Part shown: piece by piece, positions 37,087-50,610 of the stretch | Layout of the letters: each line of letters starts with the position of its first letter | How positions within the stretch are numbered: the stretch's first letter is position 1 | Assembly: GCA_040285825.1 (NCBI GenBank) | Contig: JAUPSS010000012.1 | Location: forward strand, 434,001-498,000 | DNA from: Eukaryota sp. TZLM1-RC | Taxonomy: Eukaryota > Protista > Metamonada: BaSk clade | DNA length: 64,000 nt | Direction of reading: 5' to 3' | Position numbers and translations under genes: made by a program | Notes under the pieces: model-generated | What the model was told of the DNA's origin: nothing | The model's database searches: none | Seen by the model: only the letters and a program-made list of their open reading frames with translations

Positions 37087-40000
37087 TTACAAAGAAGTGG
37101 GACAGTTGAAACAAACACAGTGGAAAACTTTTAGGTGTCGCAGGAGAAAATATATGCCAAAATAAAACACAATGAACAGTATAATTGAGCAAAATGATGC
37201 ATCATCCATATCCAGTGATTCAATTGATCCACTTGTAAATGCAAGAGCAAGGACAAATGTAGTTAAAGCTGTCCACAAACACCACCAATACCCACTTGAA
37301 TGAACTCGAGCCATGAAATGCACAATAGGTCCTTTTTGAAGTTCAATGTAGACGTGTAGCGTATAATAACAATTACCAGAAAATGAGTATCCGCTGAAAG
37401 TAGAATTATTCTTATAATAAATTGAATCAATGAGCGAATCTGGCCGGTCTTCTCCGTAGTGGTGAACATTGAGGGCTCTAGAGAAATGATCAAACATAGC
37501 ATTCTCGTCTCTGCTCACATATCCCCATTTTGATACCTCATTTGCTGGGAAAAGATCGACATCATCGCAGAGAATGGAGAGAATGGGGCAATATTGTTCA
37601 TCAGTGATTTTGAACCGACGAGACGCAGTTCCCAACTGAAGTAACACACGAAAGGATAAATCTTCGTCATGTTGAAGGGTAACTTGAATGTTGAGATTGA
37701 TCAATGCCTGTGCAAGTGAGCTTTCAATTTTATCTTGGAAAACGTGTGAAGAAAAACGACAATAACAAACATGAATGGGCAAATCCCAAGTTAAAACAAT
37801 CTCACGTGCTTCTTCAAGAGCCTTACCATTGGGTGAAAGTCTAATTGACAACAGAGTGATTGAACAACTAACGGTAACATCAGAATGGAAAAACTCCACT
37901 TGAAACAAATAGTCACCAATTGATGACACCTTGAAAGGTACAATTGTATTTTGAAACAAAGTATTGCTTAGTTCTGTTTTGACAGCTTCTTCTAGCATAA
38001 TTTCATCAACTACATACAGGTCATCAAAAACCACAAACTCTATAGAATAGTTTGTCAGCATTTCCATCGCATTCACCATAAATTCTCCTTCGGCGCTCAG
38101 AACTAAAATCGGTTCAATTGTTAATGATATCTCCAAGGGACTGAGCATTGCAAAAACGTGATATCCAGAAGTGGACCTAGTGACAGTTGAAGATTCACCA
38201 TGCAGTAACTGACTAGATACCTCATTCTTGACTACTCGTAAAATATGACTCGGATCTAGGAGACTATCAACAGTGACTGGTGATGTGTGAAAAAGGGATA
38301 TTAAAGTTTCCTTAGTTTTTCTTAAAGAAAAATGCTGTTCACATCGAAGTACAACAACTTCAATTTCAGCTTCCTCAACTGTTCCATTGAGCTTAATGGA
38401 AAGGTCTACATGAAAAGTTTGATGATCTGAACTGGTGGCCAGAAGTGTATACTTTCCTTGAATAGACACTTCATAATGTTTCAAGGAATATAATGATGAA
38501 ATGATGGTATCCATTTTTGAAAAAAATTCATTTCCTGATTCCAAACAAACAGTTCCAGTATCGAAAACAACGAATTCATGGCTTAGCAAAATGCTTGTGG
38601 CAAAATGGACCGCACCAAGGTCACTGTGGAAAAATAAGGGGTTCCAGACGAGGAATGACCTACTGACATCTTGTCTAGGCATCATGTTTCTTCTCGAAAT
38701 TCACCTCAACCGTTATCACACGAGAATTGAATTCCCGCATCAAGAGCTCCTGAATGCCGGATGTCTGATTGTTGTGATCATTAATATCAAAAATGAAAAT
38801 GGATTCTTTTGCGAGTAGTCGCTTGCAATTCCATTCTGTTCGTAACAAAATACCGCTATTCGAGAGCCAAAATCAAGAGCCATAGTATGGAGAACAAAAG
38901 CAGTGGTAAGCCTATAGAAGGAATTGGAATACGCATTTTGATCTTTTTTAATTGTAACAAAAACTGCATTGAAGATTTATAAAGAGTAAGCAGTTTGTCC
39001 CTAATATTAGTTCTACTAATGACGCTATTATTTGAGGTGGTGGGAATTGAACTTGCTCGGGTATTGGTTGAGATAGAATCTGTGACAGTATTTGAAATAA
39101 TTGTATCACTGTGTTGTGTAGATAGAAAGGCTGATAAGGCAGATGGGATTTCGACTTCGACCAAATTCCCCTTAATAGTAGCAAGAATGTGTTGTGCTGA
39201 AGGACGATCCTCAGGATTCAATTGAATCATTGAACAAACAGGTGACTTCCATTTGAACGGCAGCGCCTCGGTAGTGATGAGAGCAGCACCTTCTGATTTA
39301 AATCGCTGCACTTGTAGCAAAGGAGCACTTTCGGCCATCTGAGAAGGGTCCTGGTTTGTTAAAACAGTCCAAAACTAAACACCCAAAGCAAAAATGTCAG
39401 CTTTTGGACTGGCTTTGGTACATTGTGCAAGTAAAACTTCTGGTGCCATATACGCGACAGTTCCAAAGACAGACTGAGTAAGAGAAGCATCGTTGGTTCT
39501 AGAATCATCTAAATCTGCGATTTTTGCAGTAGTTATGACATTTTGACGAACTCTAAGTAGGACATTTCCAGCAGAAATGTCTCTATGGACATAACCATTC
39601 TCATGAAGGGCAGACAGCCGTGTAACCACATCCTCCATAATGATTTCTGTTTCCTCTGAGGAGATTGAGCGGTTCAAGTGGAAAAATTCTTGAAGAGAGC
39701 ATGCTAGTCGCTCCTGGACCAGTCCAGGAGGGTCATGGGTAACACCATAGATAAACACAATTTGCTCAATGTTACTGAGTGCCTTGCAGATTTGAAAGGT
39801 GCGCACAACATCGCCTCTTACTGCTTCAACATTGTGAGAAGTGAAGTATGGCCGTTTCCAGACGATGTCTTTTGTTCCGTACTGACCAATGAAGAGTTCC
39901 GGCCTAACAGTTCGGGCTAGAAGATCGGTAGAATTTATGTCAGAAGCATCAATTGTTGTTGGTTTTAGAACGTCAACCATAAGATCCCTAAGCTAATAAT

Positions 40001-40179
40001 TGGCTGTTACATCTTCTTGGGTGGCGGCCTTCCGACATGATGGACATGTGGGAACTTTTGCTAGCCATTGGTTAATGCAATCCAATGAAACAGAAGCTGT
40101 GACCACATCGGAGTACCACAGGATTCAAAAGAGGCCCTCTATGAATGACACAGAAGAAGCTGTCAGGGTGGTCGGTCAT
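37087..40179 (-). pseudogene. RING finger - protein kinase - TM - unknown region - TM gene with several stops and frameshifts
   Basis: ATG 40179 MTDHPDSFFCVIH...CGHSFC / LDC...CPSCR (RING); HRDISAGN, ADLD, GTVAYMAPE and DIFALG (kinase); in-frame TAGs at ~39993, 39375 and 38856; ORF 37087-38685 has C-terminal TMs. Confidence 0.7.
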
Positions 40180-40672
40180 GACGATTACAACAACTCAATT
40201 CTATCTTTTGATTACTGTCAATTCTGATTATAATAATCAAGCTTTAATCTAACTTTTATGTAGTTTTTGTTGATTTGGATTTCAATAATTTTTTTGGTAC
40301 AAGGTCTGAATTTTGATGAAACTACAGAATGGTACAATGTTGGTCTCACTGAGATTGTTTTGTAGCCTGTTTTCTTGATCTATTCTATTTCACGTGCATT
40401 TTCCATAAATCAACAGCTTTCCCATGTTTTTATGAACTTTGTCATACTTTCATTTCATCCAATGTGTTTCATTGTAACATTGAGACAATGTAGGAATTCC
40501 TGCTTCTTAGATGACTTATCCTTCATTTTTTGTATATTGATTGTATTTATATAACATCTGCTTGTACCACCTCAATGGAGGCCGTGATAAAATTCAGAGC
40601 CATGTCATAATCTCAAAAAATGGACTTGTATAACCCTTTTGTAATTAAGGAGAATTATTCAACATCATTGCT

Positions 40673-41659
40673 TTATGTCATATCTTCAAAACGTTTCCAA
40701 TAATCACCTGTGCGTTCTCTTACACAGGAAAACCTAGAATAATGTAGTTGAGGCTTATATTTGTGATTCAATGCTGGTTTGTTAAGAGCAGCAGCCATTT
40801 CCTTGATGTGATAAGGCCTAAAACCACAACATCCACCAATAAATATCACACCCATTTGTTTCGCATCTATAGCATATTTTGCACCTTGAAATCTATTAAT
40901 TTGAACAGACTCAAGGGCCAATGGAAACCCTGGGTTAGTTTCCCAGTTCGTGGCATTGTATCCGACCGGCATGCAAGCAAGATACATACCAACAGGACGA
41001 GGTATTTGCTGCACCTTCTCCATCATCCTGAGCGTCTCTTTAGGGCCATCATAACAGTTCAAGCCCACTGCTAAAGGCTCTTCACGTACTAAGCTTGCGA
41101 TGTCAGACTGCAGCGTCTGGTCATTGCCTCTTATGGTGACAATTGGCAACATATTCTGGCTTTTACATGCTCTTACAGCCATTGTTGCCTCTTGAACCGA
41201 CATGAAGGTTTCACACACTATAACATCAGCGTCAGTCTGAGCAGAAAGCTGTTCCTTGAATACATCAGCCATAATCTGATCTTGTTTTTCACGCTGGGAA
41301 AAGAACGATAAAGGCGAAAGGGCACCTGCAACGAAGATCGGTCTTTCAAATGCTGCACTTGAACGCTTCACACCTTCTCTAGCCAACAGAATTGCTTGTC
41401 TGTTCAATCTATGTATGTCAATCTCTATTCCCAGCTGCTGAGCTTTTGCTTTATGTGAGTAGAAATTGATTACCTGTAGCACTTCGGCTCCACAATCAGC
41501 AAAGTCTTTGTGAAGTTGAACAACAGCTTCGGGATTGTCCAAAACCACTTCTGGTATCCATCGTCCAGCTGCCATAGCTCCCCGATTCTCCATCTCAAAC
41601 ATGGTTCCACCATCAAACAGGATAGTTTCGTGATCATTGCAGTATTGAAGGAATGTCAT
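40673..41659 (-). CDS. Homocysteine S-methyltransferase family protein (BHMT-like)
   Basis: DGGTMFEMENRG, PEAVVQLHKDFADCGAEV, and Zn ligands GLNC and GGCCG. Confidence 0.9.
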   Translation of the reverse strand: MTFLQYCNDHETILFDGGTMFEMENRGAMAAGRWIPEVVLDNPEAVVQLHKDFADCGAEVLQVINFYSHKAKAQQLGIEIDIHRLNRQAILLAREGVKRSSAAFERPIFVAGALSPLSFFSQREKQDQIMADVFKEQLSAQTDADVIVCETFMSVQEATMAVRACKSQNMLPIVTIRGNDQTLQSDIASLVREEPLAVGLNCYDGPKETLRMMEKVQQIPRPVGMYLACMPVGYNATNWETNPGFPLALESVQINRFQGAKYAIDAKQMGVIFIGGCCGFRPYHIKEMAAALNKPALNHKYKPQLHYSRFSCVRERTGDYWKRFEDMT

Positions 41660-42012
41660 CAAAGATACTTTACAGTGAAATTAGATTCATGTTGAAGGAT
41701 TTAATCAATAATCATTTAAAAATGATGCATTCCAATGTAAGGTTTAACAACATAAACAACAATTAATTAATGTTTTGAAACACTTGCATTGTAATTTCCA
41801 ATGATTGTTCAATTTCCAATGATTCGTTGGTGAAAAGGTTGCAGAGTTGAAATTAAATTCAACAACTTTATAAGTATTTAATTCTATGAAGTGAAAATTC
41901 ACGTACAATGTTGTTTAAAGTGAACTCAACCTGTAGAATCATTAACAATTGTTAATGCAAAATTCATCAGCCATTCATCCCATTGTGTCTTTAGTAAACG
42001 TTTCTCAGCCAT

Positions 42013-42172
42013 TGTTAGCCTTGGATAATATTTATAATAGTTTATTTATAGTTTATTAATAGTTATTGTAGTATTGCGCCCATGCGCTTAAGTTAAGGGA
42101 AATCCTCATTCCCTCGTAATAAATCTAATTACATTTAAGGTATACTCAATGTCTAACCCCCACAGATCATCA
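42013..42172 (+). repeat. 5' LTR of element A
   Basis: 159/160 identical to 49234-49393. Confidence 0.97.
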
Positions 42173-45100
42173 ATACGTATTGGATCACCTTTGGGTGGTT
42201 CCAATGACAACTCCGAGACTGTTAGGACTGATCCTCCTACGTCTCACTTTTCGAGTTCTTCCTCCCGAACTCCTCAGTCGGGACCAGAACAACCCTTGAC
42301 AACTGGGTCCGAGGGAAGCAATGCTTCTCCTCCTCCTGTGTTAACTCCTCCCTCCGGAGATTCTGTTACACAATCCAATGTTACAAGTTCTTCCTCCCAA
42401 ACTCCTCAGTTGGGTACAGAACAACCCTCTGGTGGCGAGAGAAGTGATACTTCCTCTCTACCCTCGGGTCAAGGTTCCACTCCATCTACGGATGACGTTC
42501 CTGTGGTTCCTATCAGTCTTCCTGTTCCTCCCTCTAATGTGGAAAACTTTGTACCTCTTTCTCCTCCCCCTGGTTCTGAAGGAGAGGTTGAAGATTCCCT
42601 TTTAGGTCCTGAACAGTTCAGTACTTTAGATGAAAATCTGAAGTATATCATCAACCAGACTGACCCTGACTCGGCCAGCAACAAGATATCTGAGCTGTTG
42701 AAGCTCAAGAGGGTAGAGCCTCCCTCTTCACCTATTGTTTGCGCTCCTGTTGCTCCTTCCACTTCTTCTACGGAAGCTCCTGGGGAAGGACAACAAGTTC
42801 CTTCTACTTCTTCTACGGAAGCTCCTGGGGAAGGACAACAAGCTCCTTCCATTCCTTCTAGAGAAGTTCCTATGGAAAGCAGCCCTCCGCAACAACCAGC
42901 TCCTCCTGCAGTCCCTGCTGGTAACTCTAATCCTACTACTCCTTCTCGAGAAGTTCCTGTAGCAGGTCCTCCTAATACTTCTGCTCCTACTACGGTAGCT
43001 CCTACAGAAGTCCATTCAACTCCATCTGTTCCTCCTTCGGGAGTTCCTACTAGAGGAGTAATTCATATTCCCCCAACCTCTGGCCAGACTCCTCAGCAAG
43101 GTCACGTTGTTTCTTCTGTTCCTGCTGCTTGGCAGGTGCTTAGTGCTGCACAGCCTAACACCTATCAAGCCCCAAGCCAGCCCCAGGAATCAGATTCTCC
43201 TTTCATCTCCACCCAGCAGAGGACTGAAGCTCAAACTTTAGTTCTCAATGCTGGTATTGAGTTAATGCAAGGAGATCCTGCATCGATTCCTCCCAATGAA
43301 CTCATTGCTGCTTTACCCCCATTTTGGGGTCCAGAAGTGGTTAATGATCACGGCTTTAGGATACGCAGAAGAATTGGCCCCTACATCCCAACGGAGGAAG
43401 TAGACAATCTTACAGTTCGTTGTGACCCTCCTCCAATTTATCCTCAACGGGATACTGTTGGAGGGTTCAGAACTCCTCGTGACGGTGTACAGAGGATCTT
43501 CGCTGGTGATGAGCTGAATCTCTTCCTCAACCGATGTAACCCATGTCCTTTCCCCAGGTTTAGCCCTGGATACAATGCCTCTCTTGATATTTATATCAAT
43601 AGAGATTTCAGGACTGGATGGTGGTACACTTACACTACGAACTACCAAAGATTGTACCTTCAAGACCGCAGACCTGACCTTTGTGCGTCATATTTTGGTC
43701 CGGAGCATAGAAGGAATAGGCCTTTAAGGGATGCCCTGATGAATGTACAGGAGAACATTGGCGTCACCAATTCTAGTTCTCTTCTGTGGGTCAATATCGA
43801 TGGTAATGTGCAAAGTTACTATCCGAGTGGTCATGACCCAGTAGAATTGAGAACTTCTGAGCCTGACCCAGTTGAGACAGACACAGTTTTCTCATCTTTG
43901 AGCATTGAGCCTCAAGATGACCAACAACAAGATGAGCCGATGGCAACTACTGACACTGTGGAGACAGTGCAACAACCTGTAGTTGTCCAATCTCAGGATC
44001 CATCAACTCCTTCCCAGGTCCCTCAGGACCCTAGGCTCCTAGGAGCAACTCCTTCTAACACTCCCATAGCTCCCCAGTTTTCCAACACTCTACTGATGGA
44101 AGCTATGGCGAGTTCACAAGATAGAGATAGAGATAGACAAAGAGGTGGTCGTCCTAGAAAACCCACCCTGGAAGCCAACGATATCTCTGACCCTGTAAGG
44201 ATCTTGAAATTCATCGACAGATTTATTCTGTATGCTAGGACTGAGAGGACCATTGAAGAGAGAGATATCAATGAATCTGATCCTACTCAAGTCAGACTAG
44301 CAAGAGAAGTGTCTGAATTAAGAAGGCAACTTGAGGAACGTTCTCGTCCTCCTGCCACTCCTCAATTCATAAGCAGAGAAAACCGGAACCTCCCTCTCGA
44401 TCAGAGATATGGTAACCCCCTCCACGAGTGGGACCGATTCAGAGCTGCTGCTCAAGTCGACCCTCGTAGGATTGCCTCCTGCGTTACTCCAGAGTGCTTA
44501 GCTGCTCTGAGAGCTCAAGGCAGATTTTCGTCTATGTCTGATAGTATCTCCGCTATCGACAACATTAATGAGGAGCAAATATGGGAATCAATATTACACC
44601 TCAGCCAGTATAGCACTTTAGAAACGGCGAGGAATCAGTTATATAGAGTTCAGATGAATTAGAATATTCAGGACTTTAGGAATCGCTGGGGCGACTTCAC
44701 TGTGAGGTTAATGAGAACAGTTTCACGAAGTACCGCCATTTCTGACGTCAGGGCAAGCGACCGTGCCTTGTATGGTCAACATTTCCTACAGCGCATTCAA
44801 AACTGGGAAATTGCAACCCATATGATCGATTCTGTTGGTATTCAGGCCATCAGTGACAATCTGAGAACAGTATGGTCCACACCCAATGTTTGGCAACACC
44901 ATACTTTACAACAATTTGTCGACATCCTTGCTGCTGAATACATGAGTTGGTGTTCAGCAAGATCCTATGACGAGCAAAGGGCCAATATCAGTGACAGCTA
45001 TCAACAACATATGGGTCACTATGTTAGAGCAAACCCAAAGGACAAGAAAAGAATGAGCAAATTTAAGCCTGCGGGTTCCAGCGTCGCCCCTGCTCAACTC

Positions 45101-48100
45101 ACCAAAAGGAGCAAGTCGCAAATTAAGAAAGAAAGAGATAAAGCTGGTCTCTGTAGATTCTGTGGTTTTCCAGGCCACTCTATTAACGAATGTCCCGACC
45201 CTGATTGCCAGCGATCCAAGCAATGGCGAGATGCCAACCCAGATGCCGTTCGAGCATATTTGGCTAGGGGTAGTAGTAATAGTAGTAGTAGAGGCAGAGG
45301 TAGACGTAGAGGAAGAGGCAAGGGCCCTTCTAGTAGTAATAAACGTTCCCATAAATATTCAATGTTTACTATAGAGCAAGATAGCTCTCCAACAGGTAAT
45401 ACATCAAAGCAACGTTCAAACAAATGTTCCTTGTTTACTATAGAGCAAGACAGCTCTCCAGCATGTAAAACACCAAACATAAAACAAACCTCAGTCTCCA
45501 ACCAGTGGATTAAGTGTTTAACTAATCCTTTGACTACCCGGAATTTTAAAACAGCTACAACGATAGAAACACCAAATAAACCCTGTTTCAATCATGAGTT
45601 CGACTCGAACCCAGACTCAGAGTCCCACAGCGATATCTTCATGGTTCGCACCTCAGATGTCGCACGCAAAAATTTAAAATTGAAATTTTCAATAAATAAC
45701 TGCGAAATAGAAGGGATCATCGACTCTGGAGCTTCGATATCAGTCATCACTGTTGATTTAGCAGAGAGATGCAACATGGTAAAGACTAACCATTGCATAA
45801 ACTTTAAGTCTGCAAACAACATCATGTCGAAGTCTTTAGGATCAGCAGAAGGCACACTGAGCTTCAGACTCGGAAGTGTAACCCAATTAGTTCATGTGAA
45901 ACATAGCTTGGCCATCATTCCTGGCAACAATATGTTACTAATTGGTAGAGACCTGTTGCATCACCTAGGCTTATTGAACGATGAAGGCCTCTTCATCAAG
46001 ATGGATGAGGAACATCGTACATTACTTCTGCCTGAGGCTGAATTCGACCATCGAATCTCCCAAGTCTCAGATGTCGTCAACGTCCCCAGACGTTGGTTGG
46101 AGCACATACAGTCTTCTGGTTGTACTATTAACCTCGACTGTGATAACGACAAGAAGACCTTACTTCTAACCTTGAAAGAGTTCGAAGAGACATTCACCCT
46201 TAAGCCGCATGCTGATGGGATTGACTGTCCTCCAATGGAGATCAACTTTCATGATGAAAGTATTCGAGTCAGACGACCCCCTCGTAGGTTAAACCCCGAA
46301 AAGCAGAAAGTCGCCGAACAGATCTTCGATGAACTCGTCGAGTCTGGATTTGCTATACCATCGAACCATGAGTTTAGCTCTCCAGTATGTCTTGTGGTAT
46401 ACCCTGATCATCGTAAGCCTCGCCTTACTGGTGATTACAGCGGCAAGGACGGAGTCAACGCCAACACTATTCCCGTTGAACCTAATCTCCCCAGAATATC
46501 CGATGTGCTAGTCTTCCTTTCGGAAGCCAATTTCATCGGTACCCTTGACCTCCCCAAAGCCTTTTGGCAACTAAAGATTGCAGAAAAGGACTGGGAGAAG
46601 ACTGCCTTAAGCATCCCTGGCAAAAGTATCATGTTTAAACGTGCTGCTTTCGGCCTCAAGAACGTTCCTGCAGTTTTCCAGAACGTTATGGCAGACATCT
46701 TCTCCGGAGACGGTGTATTCATCTATATAGATGACATCATTATAGTAGGTAGAACCTTCAACGAGTTTTTCGGACGTCTAAGACGTGTCCTCAAGAAAGC
46801 TCGAACCCGTAGAGTTAGCCTTGGACTGCCCAAGTGCCATTTTGTGTCCTCTAGACACCCAATAAAGATCCTTGGTAGCAGATTCCAACACAAAACCAGG
46901 ACCATAGATCCTACACGCACAGAGTCTTTACTGAATCTTCCCAGACCTAAGACTGTGAAAGACGCCCGTAGCCTTGTCGGCTCAGTCAACTTCATTAGGG
47001 AATGGCTTCCCCAGGTAACCAAGCATGTTGCCCCGATCATCAAATTAACACACGGCAAACCACGTCGCTTCCAGTGGAAAGACACTCACGACTACCATTT
47101 AGCCGAAATCAAACGTCTGATCGCGGAGCATATGCCTCTCAACTTACCTCCGGTGGATAACCAAATACTAATTAGTTGTGATGCCTCTGATATAGCAGTT
47201 GGCGGCGTGATTTGGGAACAAATAGAACCCACTAAGGACCCTGGTACTTCCTTACTCAATAGGAAATGTAGACCAATCAGCTTCTTCAGCAGATTGTTGA
47301 CTAACTCCCAGCAGAACTGGCCCACGGTACAGAAAGAGCTTTATGCTATCCTTCTCATGCTTACCGAAAGTGGCTTCGAGAACTACCTCAAAGGAAGGCG
47401 TCTGATCATTTTCACAGATCACCAAAACCTTACTTACATGCTTACCGCTCCGAACAAAAACAGAATAGTCAGAAGGTGGCTTCCCATCTTTTCTGAGTTC
47501 CTATTCGACATAGTTCATACAAAAGGGGAAGAGAACCATTGGGCAGACATGCTATCTAGGATAGTACCGCCCCAAGACAATCATACCATCAACCATCTGG
47601 TACATTCTAATGACCAAGAGTTTCACCCTATCTACTACACAAATAGGATTGACGAAACTGAGTCAGAGAGATGCTTCGTTGAAGATCTCCATACATTTGA
47701 GAAGGTGCTCATCCTTCAAGACAAATGCTCCAATGACCTTCCACTCTTCGAGCCATGGCTCTGCAAGATCAGGTCCGAACAAAAGCGAGCCCTCGCTAAC
47801 CAGGACACCTCGTTTAACAACTGTACTTTGGATAGTCGTCTAGATCTTTATCTGACTCCAGAGCACAAGATCGTGATTCCTCAATCACTGGTTAAGGATA
47901 CGCTTAACCTTCTACATGGACTCCCGCAAGGTGGCCACCCCAGTAAGGCAGAAAGTCTCCTCAGACTCAAGAACAGCGACTACTGGTGGCCTAACATGCT
48001 TTCAGACATGACCAAGCACGTCCAAGAATGCCCCTCCTGTCAGAAGACAGCAGCAGTCCCCAAACTGCATGTCCCTACAACTGGTTCCTTGTGGGCTGAC

Positions 48101-49249
48101 AGACCTTTCGCAAGAGTTAACGTCGACGTCATTGGTCCTCTTCCAGAAGATCAAGACGGCCACAGATACATTCTTGTATTTGTGGATAGCTTCACGAGGT
48201 TCACTATCATAGTCCCTTTCAAAGAACTCAACGCCAACCTTACCGCTGACGCTCTCATATGGAAGGTATGCGCGATATTTGGGATCCCGTTCATAGTTCA
48301 TAGTGACAACGGTCCTGAGTTCTCTAAAGCTGTCTTCGACGCTCTATGTGAGTGTTTGGGCATAGAGGTCTCAAAGTCCGTCCCTCACTTCTCTCAGTCC
48401 AACGGTTTAGTCGAACGCCGTCACCGTGACATTTTGCAGAATTTGAGGAAGCTGCTCGTAGATTTTAACGCCTACGACGCATGGTCAGAGTACATACCCT
48501 GTGTACAATTGTTAATCAACTCATCCAAGAGTTCGATTACAGGTTACTCTCCATACGAGCTCATGTTTGGTTCAGATTTTAGCTCAAGAGCTGACCCCGG
48601 CAAAATCATAGAGACTCTCGAAAGCTCAACGTCTGAGTCAACCTACATCAACAACATTCAATCCAAATTTGCCAGATTGAAGAAGAAACAGGAGGAAGCA
48701 GAGCTCCGTCAAGCTTCCAAGGCTCCTCCTCGTGATTCCCAAATCGAAGCCAACCCTTTCTCTCCTGGCCAATTGGTCAAACGAGCTTCGTCTTCCACTG
48801 CTAAGTTACATGGTAACTACAAAGGACCATTCTTAGTTATTGACACACCCTCTACCTCCACAGTTGATATCAAAAATCTATGCACTGGTATGGTTGTTAA
48901 AGCCAGTGTGAAGCATCTCCAACCTTGGCATTCCAGTTTACCAGCTGATGATGAATTTCACTCCTGGGTTGCTGCTGGTGATGCAGAAGAGCACGTGATC
49001 CAGAAAGTCCTCAGTCAGGATGGTGATTACTGTCAAGTCCAATGGCCTGGCAATCATATTACCACTGAGCTGGTTTCGACTGTTCAAAACACCTCTGCCT
49101 ATAAAGAATTCTCCAAGTCTGTTTCTAATACTCGCTCTCGTCCTTCACGCCGTAAACGTCGTTCTGATAATATTAACAATAATGTTAATCCAACTCCTAT
49201 CAGGCCTCGACGTTCGAAAAGAAGAAAGGGCAGTGTTAGCCTTGGATAA
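42149..49249 (+). CDS. Gag-Pol polyprotein of element A (~2366 aa), interrupted by one TAG at 44660-44662
   Basis: ORFs 42149 and 44702 share a frame. Motifs: CRFCGFPGHSINEC, IDSGA, LDLPKAF/YIDD, CDASD...TDH, integrase HHCC with SDNG/NGLVER, GPF, and a chromodomain-like tail. Confidence 0.92.
42753..42850 (+). repeat. 45-bp coding tandem duplication (PSTSSTEAPGEGQQ x2)
   Basis: Read directly from the sequence. Confidence 0.85.
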
Positions 49250-49393
49250 TATTTATAATAGTTTATTTATAGTTTATTTATAGTTATTGTAGTATTGCGC
49301 CCATGCGCTTAAGTTAAGGGAAATCCTCATTCCCTCGTAATAAATCTAATTACATTTAAGGTATACTCAATGTCTAACCCCCACAGATCATCA
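49234..49393 (+). repeat. 3' LTR of element A
   Basis: Followed by TSD CCAT at 49394-49397. Confidence 0.97.
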
Positions 49394-49777
49394 CCATTGC
49401 TCATAAAGAAGAAACACCATGTTTTAAATAAACCTTTAAACGAATTTAAAAGAACAACTCCACAATATGTCCAATACGTTAGCCATTACTGCATCTGTGT
49501 CAAAGCATTGATTTTGTTTTTAGCACATGTAGTTATTTTTATACCAAACAAGTGTCATTGTGGTTTGCGAATTCCGTCCCCATTTGAAGGAATGATTGTT
49601 GCATTCCTACAATTGAAGATATTGGCTTGACATATACTTAGAATTTCGAGTTGAGTGACTGACTCAACGAATGTTGAAATCTAAACAATGAAAATCATTC
49701 TTCACAGACAACCTCTTCTTTCTAATCTTTAATCTTATATCTTTAATTTTATTGAATATTTTTGCCTATTACTTTGC

Positions 49778-50610
49778 AATACCTTATTCGTTGAGAGTTC
49801 TTCCGTATGTCTTAAATTGTTTGTTTAAATTAGAAGTGATCAGGCTTCTAACTTGTAAAGTTTCTAGACATATGATTGAAGCATTGTAATGCAGTTTGAG
49901 ATAGATTTCAGCTAGACGACATAACTAAAATAGAACCAACAGGTAAAATCTTTGATGATTTGGCGCAGTTCCTGAATGAACTTGTTAGCTATGGCTAAAC
50001 CTGACCTTCCAGTTTCGGAAAGTATCACGTGACCAAATCATTGATGATTTAAAGCAGTTCATCAATGAACTTTATGATTGACTAACAAAAAAAAGATGGT
50101 GCAAATTTATTACTTTCAACTAACCACTGAGTGATGATTGTTTATTTTAATTGGTCGAATAGCACATCCAATGTTGATCTACTTGGAAATATATTTCTTG
50201 CAAACAGGTCACTATAGAATGAAAATCAAACCAATGTAATATTTGAAAGAAAGTAATTTTACAATCAAATATTATGATATTTGTCAATATGATTTAATAA
50301 TTTTTCATTGAAGGGAAAAAAAGACCAAAATTACTCATTTATTTGGATTAAACCTTCGAAAATTAAAGATGATTCAGATTAATACTCAGGATTTATATAA
50401 AATTATTATCAGATTAATTGAAAAACAAAGATTAAAACAACAGAAAAAGAGATGAACAGATGATATCCAAAAATGTTAACAGAAGAACAAAATAATTTCT
50501 TTCATCCTTTTTCATATTGAACAAGCCAGTTTTAAGAAAAATGGTTATAAATTCAATATTTCAATATTTCAGTTTGTGTAGAGAGGGTCAGAGAGGATTG
50601 TTTTGGACTT
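49778..50610 (+). repeat. ~830-bp dispersed repeat, copy 2
   Basis: Collinear with 13925-14747. Confidence 0.9.

Larger units (their letters stand above)
42013..49393 (+). mobile_element. Full-length Ty3/gypsy (chromovirus-like) LTR retrotransposon, family A
   Basis: 160-bp TG..CA LTRs with 1 mismatch, 4-bp target-site duplication (TSD) CCAT, purine tract before the 3' LTR, domain order gag-PR-RT-RH-IN-chromo. Confidence 0.97.

Noticed and set aside
38600-40000. TAG/TAA reassigned to Gln, suggested by many in-frame TAGs in the kinase gene
   Set aside because: Long intact ORFs contain no internal TAR, several genes end in TAG (2477, 19028, 59569), and this gene also has frameshifts.
44660-44662. 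Programmed gag-pol readthrough at TAG in element A
   Set aside because: The minus-strand copy (~26038-26040) has TGG here, and the stop precedes the zinc knuckle, so it is a nonsense mutation.
49370-49630. ORF starting MSNPHRSS
   Set aside because: It is only the 3' LTR copy of the gag ATG reading into flanking DNA.
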